Of a DNA stretch of 25,434 nt, positions 11,650 through 25,386 are shown one piece after another. How positions within the stretch are numbered: position 1 is the stretch's first letter; the number at the start of each line of letters is the position of its first letter. Both the position numbers and the translations under genes were made by a program. The DNA is from a virus. Lineage: Duplodnaviria; Heunggongvirae; Uroviricota; Caudoviricetes. Below the pieces are notes generated by a model. It worked only from the letters and a program-made list of their open reading frames with translations, made no database searches and was not told the origin of the DNA. The DNA is taken from the IMG/VR virus record IMGVR_UViG_2681813267_000002. The stretch is one strand, 5' to 3'.

Positions 11650-14203
11650 ACCGGTAGGCGATCTGGTCGTTGATTTGAGTCTGGATGCGGCCAGATTTGA
11701 CGAGCAGATGGCCAGAGTCAGGCGTCATTTTTCCGGTACGGAAAGTGATGCGAAAAAAACAGCGGCAGTCGTTGAACAGTCGCTGAGCCGACAGGCGCTG
11801 GCTGCACAGAAAGCGGGGATTTCCGTCGGGCAGTATAAAGCCGCCATGCGTATGCTGCCTGCACAGTTCACCGACGTGGCCACGCAGCTTGCAGGGGGGC
11901 AGAATCCCTGGCTGATCCTGCTGCAACAGGGTGGTCAGGTTAAGGACTCCTTCGGCGGGATGATCCCCATGTTCAGGGGGCTTGCCGGCGCGATCACCCT
12001 GCCGATGGTGGGGGCCACCTCGCTGGCGGTGGCGACCGGTGCGCTGGCGTATGCCTGGTATCAGGGCAACTCAACCCTGTCCGATTTCAACAAAACGCTG
12101 GTCCTTTCCGGTAATCAGGCGGGACTGACGGCAGATCGTATGCTGGTCCTGTCCAGAGCCGGGCAGGCGGCAGGGCTGACGTTTAACCAGACCAGCGAGT
12201 CACTCAGCGCACTGGTTAAGGCGGGGGTAAGCGGTGAGGCTCAGATTGCGTCCATCAGCCAGAGTGTGGCGCGTTTCTCCTATGCATCCGGCGTGGAGGT
12301 GGACAAGGTCGCTGAAGCCTTCGGGAAGCTGACCACAGACCCGACGTCGGGGCTGACGGCGATGGCACGCCAGTTCCATAACGTGACGGCGGAGCAGATT
12401 GCGTATGTTGCTCAGTTGCAGCGTTCCGGCGATGAAGCCGGGGCATTGCAGGCGGCGAACGAGGCCGCAACGAAAGGGTTTGATGACCAGACCCGCCGCC
12501 TGAAAGAGAACATGGGCACGCTGGAGACCTGGGCAGACAGGACTGCACGTGCATTCAAATCCATGTGGGATGCGGTGCTGGATATTGGTCGTCCTGATAC
12601 CGCGCAGGAGATGCTGATTAAGGCAGAGGCTGCGTTTAAGAAAGCAGACGACATCTGGAATCTGCGCAAGGATGATTATTTCGTTAACGATGAAGCACGG
12701 GCGCGTTACTGGGATGATCGTGAAAAAAAACGCCTGGAGCGGGATGCAGCCCAAAAGAGGGTAGATCAACAGCGTCAACAGGACAAAAATGCGCAGCAGC
12801 AGAGCGATACCGAAGCGTCACGGCTGAAATATACCGAAGAGGCGCAGAAGGCTTACGAACGGCTGCAGACGCCGCTGGAGAAATATACCGCCCGTCAGGA
12901 AGAACTGAACAAGGCACTGAAAGACGGAAAAATCCTGCAGGCAGATTACAACACGCTGATGGCGGCGGCGAAAAAGGATTATGAAGCGACGCTGAAAAAG
13001 CCGAAACAGTCCGGCGTGAAGGTGTATGCGGGCGATCGTCAGGAAGACAGTGCTCATGCGGCCCTGCTGACGCTTCAGGCAGAACTCCGGACGCTGGAGA
13101 AGCATGCCGGAGCGAATGAGAAAATCAGCCAGCAGCGCCGGGATTTGTGGAAGGCAGAAAGTCAGTTCGCGGTACTGGAGGAGGCGGCACAACGTCGCCA
13201 GCTGTCCGCACAGGAGAAATCCCTGCTGGCGCATAAAGACGAGACGCTGGAGTACAAACGCCAGCTGGCTGCACTTGGTGACAAGGTTACGTATCAGGAG
13301 CACCTGAATGCGCTGGCGCAGCAGGCGGATAAATTCGCACAGCAGCAACGGGCAAAACGGGCAGCCATTGATGCGAAAAACCGGGGGCTGACTGACCGGC
13401 AGGCAGCGCGGGAAGCCACGGAACAGCGCCTGAAGGAACAGTATGGCGATAATCCTCTGGCGCTGAATAACGTCATGTCAGAGCAGAAAAAGACCTGGGC
13501 GGCTGAAGACCAGCTTCGCGGGAGCTGGATGGCAGGCCTGAAGTCCGGCTGGAGTGAGTGGGAAGAGAGCGCCACGGACAGTATGTCACAGGTTAAAAGT
13601 GCAGCCACGCAGACCTTTGATGGTATTGCACAGAATATGGCGGCGATGCTGACCGGCAGTGAACAGAACTGGCGCAGCTTCACCCGCTCCGTGCTGTCCA
13701 TGATGACAGAAATTCTGCTTAAGCAGGCAATGGTGGGGATTGTCGGGAGTATCGGCAGCGCCATTGGCGGGGCTGTTGGTGGCGGCGCATCCGCGTCAGG
13801 TGGTACAGCCATTCAGGCCGCTGCGGTGAAATTCCATTTTGCAACCGGGGGATTTACGGGAACCGGCGGCAAATATGAGCCAGCGGGGATTGTTCACCGT
13901 GGTGAATTTGTCTTCACGAAGGAGGCAACCAGCCGGATTGGCGTGGGGAATCTCTACCGGCTGATGCGCGGCTATGCGGAAGGTGGTTATGTGGGCGGTG
14001 CCGGAAGTCCGGCGCAGATGCGGCGGGCTGAAGGCATTAATTTTAATCAGAACAATCACGTGGTGATTCAGAACGACGGTACGAATGGTCTGCCAGGTCC
14101 ACAGATGATGAAGGCCGTGTATGACATGGCCCGCAAGGGTGCCCGTGATGAAATTCAGACACAGATGCGTGATGGTGGCCTGTTCTCCGGAGGTGGACGA
14201 TGA
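11642..14203 (+). CDS. H: Tail tape-measure protein H
   Basis: 853 aa, same size as lambda gpH; long coiled-coil-rich sequence with a glycine-rich C-terminal region; overlaps the T stop and the M start. Confidence 0.96.
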   Translation: MAEPVGDLVVDLSLDAARFDEQMARVRRHFSGTESDAKKTAAVVEQSLSRQALAAQKAGISVGQYKAAMRMLPAQFTDVATQLAGGQNPWLILLQQGGQVKDSFGGMIPMFRGLAGAITLPMVGATSLAVATGALAYAWYQGNSTLSDFNKTLVLSGNQAGLTADRMLVLSRAGQAAGLTFNQTSESLSALVKAGVSGEAQIASISQSVARFSYASGVEVDKVAEAFGKLTTDPTSGLTAMARQFHNVTAEQIAYVAQLQRSGDEAGALQAANEAATKGFDDQTRRLKENMGTLETWADRTARAFKSMWDAVLDIGRPDTAQEMLIKAEAAFKKADDIWNLRKDDYFVNDEARARYWDDREKKRLERDAAQKRVDQQRQQDKNAQQQSDTEASRLKYTEEAQKAYERLQTPLEKYTARQEELNKALKDGKILQADYNTLMAAAKKDYEATLKKPKQSGVKVYAGDRQEDSAHAALLTLQAELRTLEKHAGANEKISQQRRDLWKAESQFAVLEEAAQRRQLSAQEKSLLAHKDETLEYKRQLAALGDKVTYQEHLNALAQQADKFAQQQRAKRAAIDAKNRGLTDRQAAREATEQRLKEQYGDNPLALNNVMSEQKKTWAAEDQLRGSWMAGLKSGWSEWEESATDSMSQVKSAATQTFDGIAQNMAAMLTGSEQNWRSFTRSVLSMMTEILLKQAMVGIVGSIGSAIGGAVGGGASASGGTAIQAAAVKFHFATGGFTGTGGKYEPAGIVHRGEFVFTKEATSRIGVGNLYRLMRGYAEGGYVGGAGSPAQMRRAEGINFNQNNHVVIQNDGTNGLPGPQMMKAVYDMARKGARDEIQTQMRDGGLFSGGGR

Positions 14204-14529
14204 AAACCTTCCGCTGGAAAGTGAAACCCGGTATGGATGTGGCTTCGGCCCCTTCTGTAAGAAAGGTGCGCTTTGGTGATGGCTATTCCCAGCGAGCGCC
14301 TGCCGGGCTGAATGCCAACCTGAAAACGTACAGCGTGACGCTTTCTGTCCCCCGTGAGGAGGCCATGGTACTGGAGTCGTTTCTGGAAGAGCACGGGGGC
14401 TGGAAAGCCTTTCTGTGGACGCCGCCTTATGAGTGGCGGCAGATAAAGGTGACCTGCGCAAAATGGTCGTCGCGGGTCAGTATGCTGCGTGTTGAGTTCA
14501 GCGCAGAGTTTGAACAGGTGGTGAACTGA
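14200..14529 (+). CDS. M: Tail tip protein M
   Basis: 109 aa, same size and position as lambda gpM; ATGA overlaps at both ends. Confidence 0.93.
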   Translation: MKTFRWKVKPGMDVASAPSVRKVRFGDGYSQRAPAGLNANLKTYSVTLSVPREEAMVLESFLEEHGGWKAFLWTPPYEWRQIKVTCAKWSSRVSMLRVEFSAEFEQVVN

Positions 14530-15227
14530 TGCAGGATATCCGGCAGGAAACACTGAATGAATGCACCCGTGCGGAGCAGTCGGCCAGCGTGGTGCTCTGG
14601 GAAATCGATCTGACAGAGGTCGGTGGTGAACGTTATTTTTTCTGTAATGAGCAGAACGAAAAAGGTGAGCCGGTCACCTGGCAGGGGCGACAGTATCAGC
14701 CGTATCCCATTCAGGGGAGTGGTTTTGAACTGAATGGCAAAGGCACCAGTACGCGCCCCACGCTGATGGTTTCTAACCTGTACGGTATGGTCACCGGGAT
14801 GGCGGAAGATCTACAGAGTCTGGTCGGCGGAACGGTGGTCCGGCGTAAGGTTTACGCCCGTTTTCTGGATGCGGTGAACTTCGTCAACGGAAACAGTGAC
14901 GCCGATCCGGAGCAGGAGGTGATCAGCCGCTGGCGCATTGAGCAGTGCAGCGAACTGAGCGCGGTGAGTGCCTCTTTTGTACTGTCCACGCCGACGGAAA
15001 CAGATGGCGCTGTTTTTCCGGGACGTATCATGCTGGCCAACACCTGCACCTGGACCTATCGCGGCGATGAGTGCGGTTATCACGGTCCGGCGGTCGCGGA
15101 TGAATATGACCAGCCAACGTCCGACATCACGAAGGATAAATGCAGCAAATGCCTGAGTGGCTGTAAGTTTCGCAATAACGTCGGCAACTTTGGCGGCTTC
15201 CTTTCCATTAACAAACTTTCGCAGTAA
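14529..15227 (+). CDS. L: Tail tip protein L
   Basis: 232 aa, same size and position as lambda gpL; C-terminal cysteine cluster (CTWTYRGDECGYHG...CSKCLSGC) consistent with its known Fe-S site. Confidence 0.95.
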   Translation: MQDIRQETLNECTRAEQSASVVLWEIDLTEVGGERYFFCNEQNEKGEPVTWQGRQYQPYPIQGSGFELNGKGTSTRPTLMVSNLYGMVTGMAEDLQSLVGGTVVRRKVYARFLDAVNFVNGNSDADPEQEVISRWRIEQCSELSAVSASFVLSTPTETDGAVFPGRIMLANTCTWTYRGDECGYHGPAVADEYDQPTSDITKDKCSKCLSGCKFRNNVGNFGGFLSINKLSQ

Positions 15228-15232
15228 ATCCC

Positions 15233-15976
15233 ATGACAGAGACAGAATCAGCGATTCTGGCGCACGCCCGGCGATGTGCTCCAGCGGAGTCGTGCGGCTT
15301 CGTGGTAAGAACGCCGGAGGGGGAAAGATATTTCCCCTGCGTGAATATCTCCGGTGAGCCGGAGGCGTATTTCCGTATGTCGCCGGAAGACTGGCTGCAG
15401 GCAGAGATGCAGGGTGAGATTGTGGCACTGGTCCACAGCCACCCCGGTGGTCTGCCCTGGCTGAGTGAGGCCGACCGGCGGCTGCAGGTGCAGAGTGATT
15501 TGCCGTGGTGGCTGGTCTGCCGGGGGGCGATTCACAAGTTCCGCTGTGTGCCACATCTTACCGGGCGGCGCTTTGAGCACGGGGTGACGGACTGTTACAC
15601 GCTGTTCCGGGATGCTTACCATCTGGCGGGGATTGAGATGCCGGATTTTCATCGTGAGGATGACTGGTGGCGTCACGGTCAGAATCTCTATCTGGATAAT
15701 CTGGAGGCCACAGGGCTGTATCAGGTGCCGTTGTCAGCGGCGCAGCCGGGCGATGTGCTGCTGTGCTGTTTTGGTTCATCGGTGCCGAATCATGCCGCCA
15801 TTTACTGTGGTGACGGCGAGCTGCTGCACCATATTCCTGAACAACTGAGCAAACGAGAGAGGTACACCGACAAATGGCAGCGACGCACACACTCCCTCTG
15901 GCGTCACCGGGCATGGCACGCATCTGCCTTTACGGGGATTTGCAACGATTTGGCCGCCGCATCGACCTTCGTGTGA
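15233..15976 (+). CDS. K: Tail tip assembly protein K (long form, 247 aa, with MPN/JAMM and NlpC/P60-like regions)
   Basis: The full ORF contains a JAMM-type H-S-H-x7-S-x2-D motif (HSHPGGLPWLSEAD) and a downstream Cys/His region (GVTDCY...H...H). The classical 199-aa lambda K annotation corresponds to the internal Met at 15377. The I start overlaps the K 3' end. Confidence 0.9.
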   Translation: MTETESAILAHARRCAPAESCGFVVRTPEGERYFPCVNISGEPEAYFRMSPEDWLQAEMQGEIVALVHSHPGGLPWLSEADRRLQVQSDLPWWLVCRGAIHKFRCVPHLTGRRFEHGVTDCYTLFRDAYHLAGIEMPDFHREDDWWRHGQNLYLDNLEATGLYQVPLSAAQPGDVLLCCFGSSVPNHAAIYCGDGELLHHIPEQLSKRERYTDKWQRRTHSLWRHRAWHASAFTGICNDLAAASTFV

Positions 15977-16545
15977 AAACGGGTGCCGAAGCCATCCGGG
16001 CGATGGCCACACAGCTCCCTGCGTTTCGTCAGAAGCTGAGCGACGGCTGGTATCAGGTGCGTATTGCCGGGCAGGATGTTAGCACGTCCGGATTAACGGC
16101 ACAGTTACATGAGGCTCTGCCTGACGGCGCTGTGATTCATATTGTTCCCAGAGTCGCCGGGGCCAAGTCAGGTGGTGTATTCCAGATTGTCCTGGGAGCA
16201 GCCGCCATTGCCGGATCATTCTTTACCGCCGGAGCCACCCTTGCAGCATGGGGGGCTGCCATTGGTGCCGGTGGTATGACCGGCATTCTGTTTTCTCTCG
16301 GTGCCAGTATGGTGCTCGGCGGTGTGGCTCAGATGCTGGCACCGAAAGCCAGAACTCCCCGCACACAGACAACGGATAACGGTAAGCAGAACACCTATTT
16401 CTCCTCACTGGATAACATGGTTGCCCAGGGCAATGTTATGCCTGTTCTGTATGGTGAAATGCGCGTGGGGTCACGTGTGGTATCTCAGGAGATCAGCACG
16501 GCAGACGAAGGGGACGGTGGTCAGGTTGTGGTGATTGGTCGCTGA
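15874..16545 (+). CDS. I: Tail tip assembly protein I
   Basis: 223 aa, same size as lambda gpI; overlaps the K 3' end by about 100 nt as in lambda; ubiquitin-like N-terminus and hydrophobic Gly/Ala-rich C-terminal half. Confidence 0.94.
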   Translation: MAATHTLPLASPGMARICLYGDLQRFGRRIDLRVKTGAEAIRAMATQLPAFRQKLSDGWYQVRIAGQDVSTSGLTAQLHEALPDGAVIHIVPRVAGAKSGGVFQIVLGAAAIAGSFFTAGATLAAWGAAIGAGGMTGILFSLGASMVLGGVAQMLAPKARTPRTQTTDNGKQNTYFSSLDNMVAQGNVMPVLYGEMRVGSRVVSQEISTADEGDGGQVVVIGR

Positions 16546-16602
16546 TGCAAAATGTTTTATGTGAAATCGCCTCCGGGCGGTTTTATCGTTTATGGAGCAT
16601 GA

Positions 16603-20256
<3,654 letters not shown>

Positions 20257-20278
20257 AATATTTATAACCCCAATAAAT

Positions 20279-20302
20279 GGCGTCAGGAATGACGCCTTTT
20301 TT
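20279..20302 (+). terminator. Rho-independent terminator downstream of J
   Basis: GGCGTCA-ggaa-TGACGCC hairpin followed by TTTTTT, 23 nt after the J stop. Confidence 0.8.
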
Positions 20303-20326
20303 ATTGCAGAAAAGCGAGAGGTAATT

Positions 20327-20843
20327 ATGCGTAAAGTTTGTGCAGCCATTTTGTCCGCAGCCATCTGTCTGGCCGTATCCGGTGCGCCTGCATGGGCGTC
20401 TGAACATCAGTCCACGCTGAGCGCGGGGTATCTTCATGCCCGGACCAACGTTCCCGGCAGTGATGATCTGAACGGGATTAACGTGAAATACCGTTATGAG
20501 TTTACGGATACGCTGGGGCTGGTGACGTCATTCAGCTATGCAGGAGACAAGAATCGCCAGCTGACCCGTTACAGCGATACCCGCTGGCATGAAGATTCCG
20601 TGCGTAACCGCTGGTTCAGCGTGATGGCGGGGCCGTCTGTGCGCGTGAATGAATGGTTCAGCGCGTATGCGATGGCGGGTGTGGCTTACAGCCGTGTGTC
20701 GACTTTTTCCGGGGATTATATCCGCGTAACTGACAATAAGGGGAAAACGCACGATGTGCTGACCGGAAGTGATGACGGTCGCCACAGCAACACGTCTCTG
20801 GCGCACTGACGGTTTCATCGTGGGTGTCGGTTATAAATTCTGA
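20327..20843 (+). pseudogene. lom: lom-like outer membrane protein gene (Ail/Lom family) with a frameshifted 3' end
   Basis: Has its own Shine-Dalgarno (GAGAGG) and a signal-peptide-like N-terminus (MRKVCAAILSAAICLAVSGAPAWA). The frame stops at 20809 after 160 aa, but the +1 frame continues as LWRTDGFIVGVGYKF* to 20843, which is the expected C-terminal beta-strand with terminal Phe. Confidence 0.6.
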
Positions 20844-20869
20844 TTAGCCAGGTAACACAGTGTTATGAC

Positions 20870-20895
20870 AGCCCGCCGGTTCAGGCGGGCTTTTT
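20870..20895 (+). terminator. Rho-independent terminator downstream of lom
   Basis: GCCCGCC-ggttca-GGCGGGC hairpin followed by TTTTTT, just upstream of the stf start. Confidence 0.8.
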
Positions 20896-20907
20896 TGTGG
20901 GGTGAAT

Positions 20908-23900
20908 ATGGCAGTAAAGATTTCAGGTGTACTGAAAGACGGCACAGGAAAACCGGTACAGAACTGCACAATCCAGCTGAAAGCAAAACGTAACAGCACC
21001 ACGGTGGTGGTGAACACGCTGGCCTCAGAAAATCCGGATGAAGCCGGGCGTTACAGCATGGACGTTGAGTACGGTCAGTACAGCGTTATTCTGTTGGTGG
21101 AAGGATTCCCGCCGTCACATGCCGGGACCATCACCGTGTATGAAGATTCCCGACCCGGTACGCTGAATGATTTTCTCGGTGCCATGACGGAGGATGATGC
21201 CCGTCCGGAGGCACTGCGCCGTTTTGAGCTGATGGTGGAAGAGGTGGCGCGTAACGCGTCCGCGGTGGCACAGAACACGGCAGCCGCGAAGAAATCAGCC
21301 AGCGATGCCAGCACATCAGCCCGTGAGGCGGCAACCCATGCGACTGATGCTGCAGATTCAGCACGTGCAGCCAGCACGTCAGCCGGACAGGCCGCTTCGT
21401 CGGCTCAGTCAGCGTCTTCCAGCGCAGGAACGGCATCAACAAAGGCCACTGAAGCCTCAAAAAGTGCTGCCGCTGCAGAGTCCTCAAAAAGCGCGGCGGC
21501 TACCAGTGCCGGTGCGGCGAAAACGTTAGAAACGAATGCGGCAGCGTCACAACAATCAGCAGCCACTTCTGCATCCACCGCGACCACGAAAGCGTCAGAA
21601 GCTGCCACCTCAGCCCGGGATGCGTCGGCTTCAAAAGAGGCGGCAAAATCATCAGAAACGAACGCATCATCAAGCGCCAGTAGCGCAGCTTCCTCGGCGA
21701 CGGCGGCTGCAAATTCTGCGAAGGCGGCCAAAACGTCCGAGACGAACGCCAGGTCTTCTGAAACGGCAGCGGGACAGAGTGCCTCAGCTGCGGCAGGCTC
21801 AAAAACAGCGGCTGCGTCGTCTGCCAGCGCCGCGTCAACAAGTGCCGGGCAGGCCTCAGCCAGTGCCACCGCCGCCGGAAAATCGGCAGAAAGCGCCGCA
21901 TCATCCGCTTCAACAGCCACAACGAAGGCTGGCGAAGCCACTGAGCAGGCCACGGCAGCAGCGAGGTCAGCTTCCGCAGCGAAGACATCCGAAACGAACG
22001 CGAAAGCGTCGGAAACCCGTGCAGAATCCTCAAAAACGGCTGCCGCATCGTCCGCCAGTTCGGCGGCGTCATCGGCATCATCGGCGTCTGCTTCAAAAGA
22101 TGAGGCGACCAGACAGGCGTCAGCAGCGAAGGGCAGCGCCACGACGGCATCCACGAAGGCGACAGAGGCTGCTGGTAGTGCGACGGCAGCAGCTCAGAGC
22201 AAAAGTACGGCGGAATCTGCAGCAACGCGCGCTGAGACAGCGGCAAAACGGGCAGAGGATATTGCATCCGCCGTGGCGCTTGAGGATGCGAGCACGACGA
22301 AAAAGGGGATAGTACAGCTCAGTAGTGCGACTAACAGCACTTCCGAGTCACTGGCGGCAACACCAAAAGCCGTTAAGGCCGCGTATGACCTGGCTAACGG
22401 GAAATACACCGCACAGGATGCAACGACAGCACAGAAAGGGATAATCCAGCTAAGCAGCGCGACCAACAGCACGTCTGAAACGCTGGCGGCAACGCCAAAG
22501 GCAGTAAAAGCAGCCAATGACAATGCTGAGAAACGTCTGCAGAAAGATCAGAACGGTGCGGATATCCCTGGCAAAGACACCTTTACGAAAAATATTGGTG
22601 CCTGCCGTGCCTTCGGTGGGTCAGTAAGCACAACAACAGGAAACTGGACGACTGCACAGTTTATCGAGTGGCTGGATTCTCAGGGAGCATTTAACCATCC
22701 ATACTGGATGTGCAAGGGTTCCTGGTCTTATGGCAATAATAAAATCATTACTGATACTGGCTGCGGTAATATTCATCTCGCCGGAGCTGTCATTGAAGTA
22801 ATGGGGATAAAGTCAGCGATGACGATCCGCATTACCACTCCGACCACATCCAGCGGTGGCGGAACAACCAACGCCCAGTTTACCTATATTAATCACGGAA
22901 CAGATTATTCACCTGGCTGGCGAAGGGACTATAACTCCAGAAATAAGCCAACGGCATCAGAGATCGGGGCGCTACCGTCAGGTGGAACAGCAGTATCATC
23001 AGTTAATCTGGCTTCAAAAGGTCGGGTAGCCGCGCTGACAGACAATACGCAGGGGGCAGCAGGTCTTGAGTTATACGAGGTGTATAACAACGGATATCCA
23101 ACAGCGTATGGAAATATCATTCACCTGAAAGGGATGACAGCCGTTGGCGAAGGTGAGTTACTCATCGGCTGGAGTGGTACAAGCGGTGCTCATGCTCCGG
23201 CATTTATTCGTTCACGACGGGATACGACCGACGCAAACTGGTCGCCGTGGGCGCAGCTTTACACCTCGGCTCATCCTCCTGCAGAGTTTTATCCAGTCGG
23301 TGCACCAATCCCGTGGCCATCAGATACCGTTCCGTCTGGTTATGCCCTGATGCAGGGGCAGACTTTTGACAAATCTGCTTACCCGAAACTTGCAGCCGCT
23401 TATCCGTCAGGCGTGATCCCTGATATGCGTGGCTGGACGATTAAGGGCAAGCCCGCCAGTGGTCGTGCCGTATTGTCTCAGGAACAGGATGGCATTAAAT
23501 CGCACACCCACAGCGCCAGCGCATCCAGTACGGATTTGGGGACGAAAACCACATCGTCGTTTGATTACGGCACTAAATCCACGAATAACACCGGGGCGCA
23601 TACGCACAGTCTGAGCGGCTCTACAAGTTCAGCTGGGGCCCACCAACATAGTCAGACTGGGCCCAGAACGAATAGCGGGAGTCAACCTACTGGAATGTTT
23701 CCGGCAGGGAGTACTCAAGTTAGCGGGACTAATCAGGTTGGTATCAGTGGCTCATTAACCAGTGGCACCTCCCAATGGGTAGGTAAATCATCTTCAGAAG
23801 GAAACCATACACACTCACTGTCCGGCACAGCAGCATCTGCGGGTGCACACGCGCATACTGTCGGTATTGGTGCTCATACGCACTCTGTTGCGATTGGTTC

Positions 23901-23991
23901 ACATGGACACACCATCACCGTTAACGCTGCTGGTAACGCGGAAAACACCGTCAAAAACATCGCATTTAACTATATTGTGAGGCTCGCATAA
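20908..23991 (+). CDS. stf: Side tail fibre protein Stf (long, apparently intact)
   Basis: Begins [26 protein letters not shown]... at the ATG at 20908; the ORF-track start is an upstream GTG at 20902. Long Ala/Ser/Thr-rich repetitive shaft, tandem fibre repeats and a His-rich C-terminal domain with HxH motifs. About 1027 aa. Confidence 0.93.
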   Translation: MAVKISGVLKDGTGKPVQNCTIQLKAKRNSTTVVVNTLASENPDEAGRYSMDVEYGQYSVILLVEGFPPSHAGTITVYEDSRPGTLNDFLGAMTEDDARPEALRRFELMVEEVARNASAVAQNTAAAKKSASDASTSAREAATHATDAADSARAASTSAGQAASSAQSASSSAGTASTKATEASKSAAAAESSKSAAATSAGAAKTLETNAAASQQSAATSASTATTKASEAATSARDASASKEAAKSSETNASSSASSAASSATAAANSAKAAKTSETNARSSETAAGQSASAAAGSKTAAASSASAASTSAGQASASATAAGKSAESAASSASTATTKAGEATEQATAAARSASAAKTSETNAKASETRAESSKTAAASSASSAASSASSASASKDEATRQASAAKGSATTASTKATEAAGSATAAAQSKSTAESAATRAETAAKRAEDIASAVALEDASTTKKGIVQLSSATNSTSESLAATPKAVKAAYDLANGKYTAQDATTAQKGIIQLSSATNSTSETLAATPKAVKAANDNAEKRLQKDQNGADIPGKDTFTKNIGACRAFGGSVSTTTGNWTTAQFIEWLDSQGAFNHPYWMCKGSWSYGNNKIITDTGCGNIHLAGAVIEVMGIKSAMTIRITTPTTSSGGGTTNAQFTYINHGTDYSPGWRRDYNSRNKPTASEIGALPSGGTAVSSVNLASKGRVAALTDNTQGAAGLELYEVYNNGYPTAYGNIIHLKGMTAVGEGELLIGWSGTSGAHAPAFIRSRRDTTDANWSPWAQLYTSAHPPAEFYPVGAPIPWPSDTVPSGYALMQGQTFDKSAYPKLAAAYPSGVIPDMRGWTIKGKPASGRAVLSQEQDGIKSHTHSASASSTDLGTKTTSSFDYGTKSTNNTGAHTHSLSGSTSSAGAHQHSQTGPRTNSGSQPTGMFPAGSTQVSGTNQVGISGSLTSGTSQWVGKSSSEGNHTHSLSGTAASAGAHAHTVGIGAHTHSVAIGSHGHTITVNAAGNAENTVKNIAFNYIVRLA
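22303..22515 (+). repeat. Tandem 44-aa (132-bp) tail-fibre repeat units within stf
   Basis: [27 protein letters not shown] at 22303..22383 and [27 protein letters not shown] at 22435..22515; this is the recurring phage tail-fibre repeat motif. Confidence 0.85.
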
Positions 23992-24572
23992 TGGCATTCA
24001 GAATGAGTGAACAAGCACGGACCATAAAAATTTATAACCTGCTGGCCGGAACTAATGAATTTATTGGTGAAGGTGACGCATATATTCCGCCTCATACAGG
24101 TCTGCCTGCAAACAGTACCGATATTGCACCGCCAGATATTCCGGCTGGTTTCGTGGCTGTTTTCAACAGTGATGAGTCATCGTGGCATCTCGTTGAAGAT
24201 CATCGGGGTAAAACGGTTTATGACGTGGCTTCCGGCGACGCGTTATTTATTTCTGAACTCGGCTCATTACCGGAAAATGTCACCTGGTTATCCCCGGAAG
24301 GGGAGTTTCAGAAGTGGAACGGCACAGCCTGGGTGAAGGATACGGAAGCAGAAAAACTGTTCCGGATCCGGGAGGCGGAAGAAACAAAAAACAGCCTGAT
24401 GCAGGTAGCCAGTGAGCATATAGCGCCGCTTCAGGATGCTGTGGATCTGGAGATCGCAACGGAGAAAGAAACCTTGTTGCTGGAAGCTTGGAAAAAGTAT
24501 CGGGTGTTGCTGAACCGTGTTGATACATCAACTGCACCGGATATTGAATGGCCAGTAGCACCTATAGGGTAA
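23991..24572 (+). CDS. tfa: Tail fibre assembly protein (chaperone) Tfa
   Basis: 193 aa ([54 protein letters not shown]...) matches lambda Tfa closely; start overlaps the stf stop (TAATG). Confidence 0.95.
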   Translation: MAFRMSEQARTIKIYNLLAGTNEFIGEGDAYIPPHTGLPANSTDIAPPDIPAGFVAVFNSDESSWHLVEDHRGKTVYDVASGDALFISELGSLPENVTWLSPEGEFQKWNGTAWVKDTEAEKLFRIREAEETKNSLMQVASEHIAPLQDAVDLEIATEKETLLLEAWKKYRVLLNRVDTSTAPDIEWPVAPIG

Positions 24573-24655
24573 ATTCGTAATGATTACCTAAATACGTTAT
24601 TCTTTTGTTAAAAAAGTGATTTTGCTATAGGTAGGGAGTATGTTCTTGGATTAAG

Positions 24656-24689
24656 AATAAAAAATCGCCATGAAAGAGCTTCATGGCGA
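24656..24689 (-). terminator. Rho-independent terminator oriented for leftward (minus-strand) transcription
   Basis: Perfect 10-bp inverted repeat TCGCCATGAA-agagc-TTCATGGCGA at 24665..24689, preceded on the + strand by AATAAAAAA, which is a T tract after the hairpin on the minus strand. There is no T tract on the + side. Confidence 0.7.
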
Positions 24690-24809
24690 GTACATAAACG
24701 TACAAAATGTGATGAAAGTAGAGTGGCGTAAGCCACTATATTAAGATATGACAATAGCGAAGAAAAGTAAATAACATTTTATGGACGTTTAATTGTTAAT
24801 TATAAAAAN

Positions 24810-25184
24810 NNNNNNNNNNNNNNNNNNNNNNNNNNNNNNNNNNNNNNNNNNNNNNNNNNNNNNNNNNNNNNNNNNNNNNNNNNNNNNNNNNNNNNNNNNN
24901 NNNNNNNNNNNNNNNNNNNNNNNNNNNNNNNNNNNNNNNNNNNNNNNNNNNNNNNNNNNNNNNNNNNNNNNNNNNNNNNNNNNNNNNNNNNNNNNNNNNN
25001 NNNNNNNNNNNNNNNNNNNNNNNNNNNNNNNNNNNNNNNNNNNNNNNNNNNNNNNNNNNNNNNNNNNNNNNNNNNNNNNNNNNNNNNNNNNNNNNNNNNN
25101 NNNNNNNNNNNNNNNNNNNNNNNNNNNNNNNNNNNNNNNNNNNNNNNNNNNNNNNNNNNNNNNNNNNNNNNNNNNNNNNNNNNN
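24810..25184. other. Run of 375 undetermined bases (assembly gap or masked segment)
   Basis: Literal N characters; the flanking DNA on both sides is very AT-rich. Confidence 1.
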
Positions 25185-25386
25185 GAATTAAATTACATTT
25201 GCAATAATTAATTTATTATTACTCAATAATTACCGATATTATTATTGTAAATTAATCATTAGAATGCAAAAAGAAATGTAACGGCAAAATAAGAGGACGA
25301 TAGCTGAGAAAAAAGCGTGCTTTCCCAATCTGGGGCAAATCACGTCTGAATGACACCTGAAAACAGGTGGTAGCCTCAAGAAGGCT

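Noticed and set aside
21250-22300. Possible CRISPR-like or mobile-element periodicity in the repetitive stf shaft
   Set aside because: The repeats are in-frame, imperfect and coding (SETNA, AAKTS and ASSA-type peptide units) with no spacer and direct-repeat architecture; there is no CRISPR array anywhere in the window.
21405-22312. Three long alternative-frame ORFs (249, 255 and 258 aa) on both strands overlapping the Ala/Ser/Thr-rich part of stf
   Set aside because: They lie wholly inside the well-supported stf frame, in a GC-rich repetitive segment where stop codons are rare in every frame. Their products are low-complexity (poly-Ala/Asp or Arg/Pro/Gln-rich), consistent with composition artefacts.
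24670-24744. 24-codon plus-strand mini-ORF (MKELHGEYINVQNVMKVEWRKPLY) after tfa
   Set aside because: Its start codon lies inside the terminator hairpin stem, it has no Shine-Dalgarno and it is very short; the hairpin interpretation is preferred.
24793-25191. 132-codon ORF in the track consisting almost entirely of X
   Set aside because: It is produced by translating the 375-nt N run and says nothing about coding potential.
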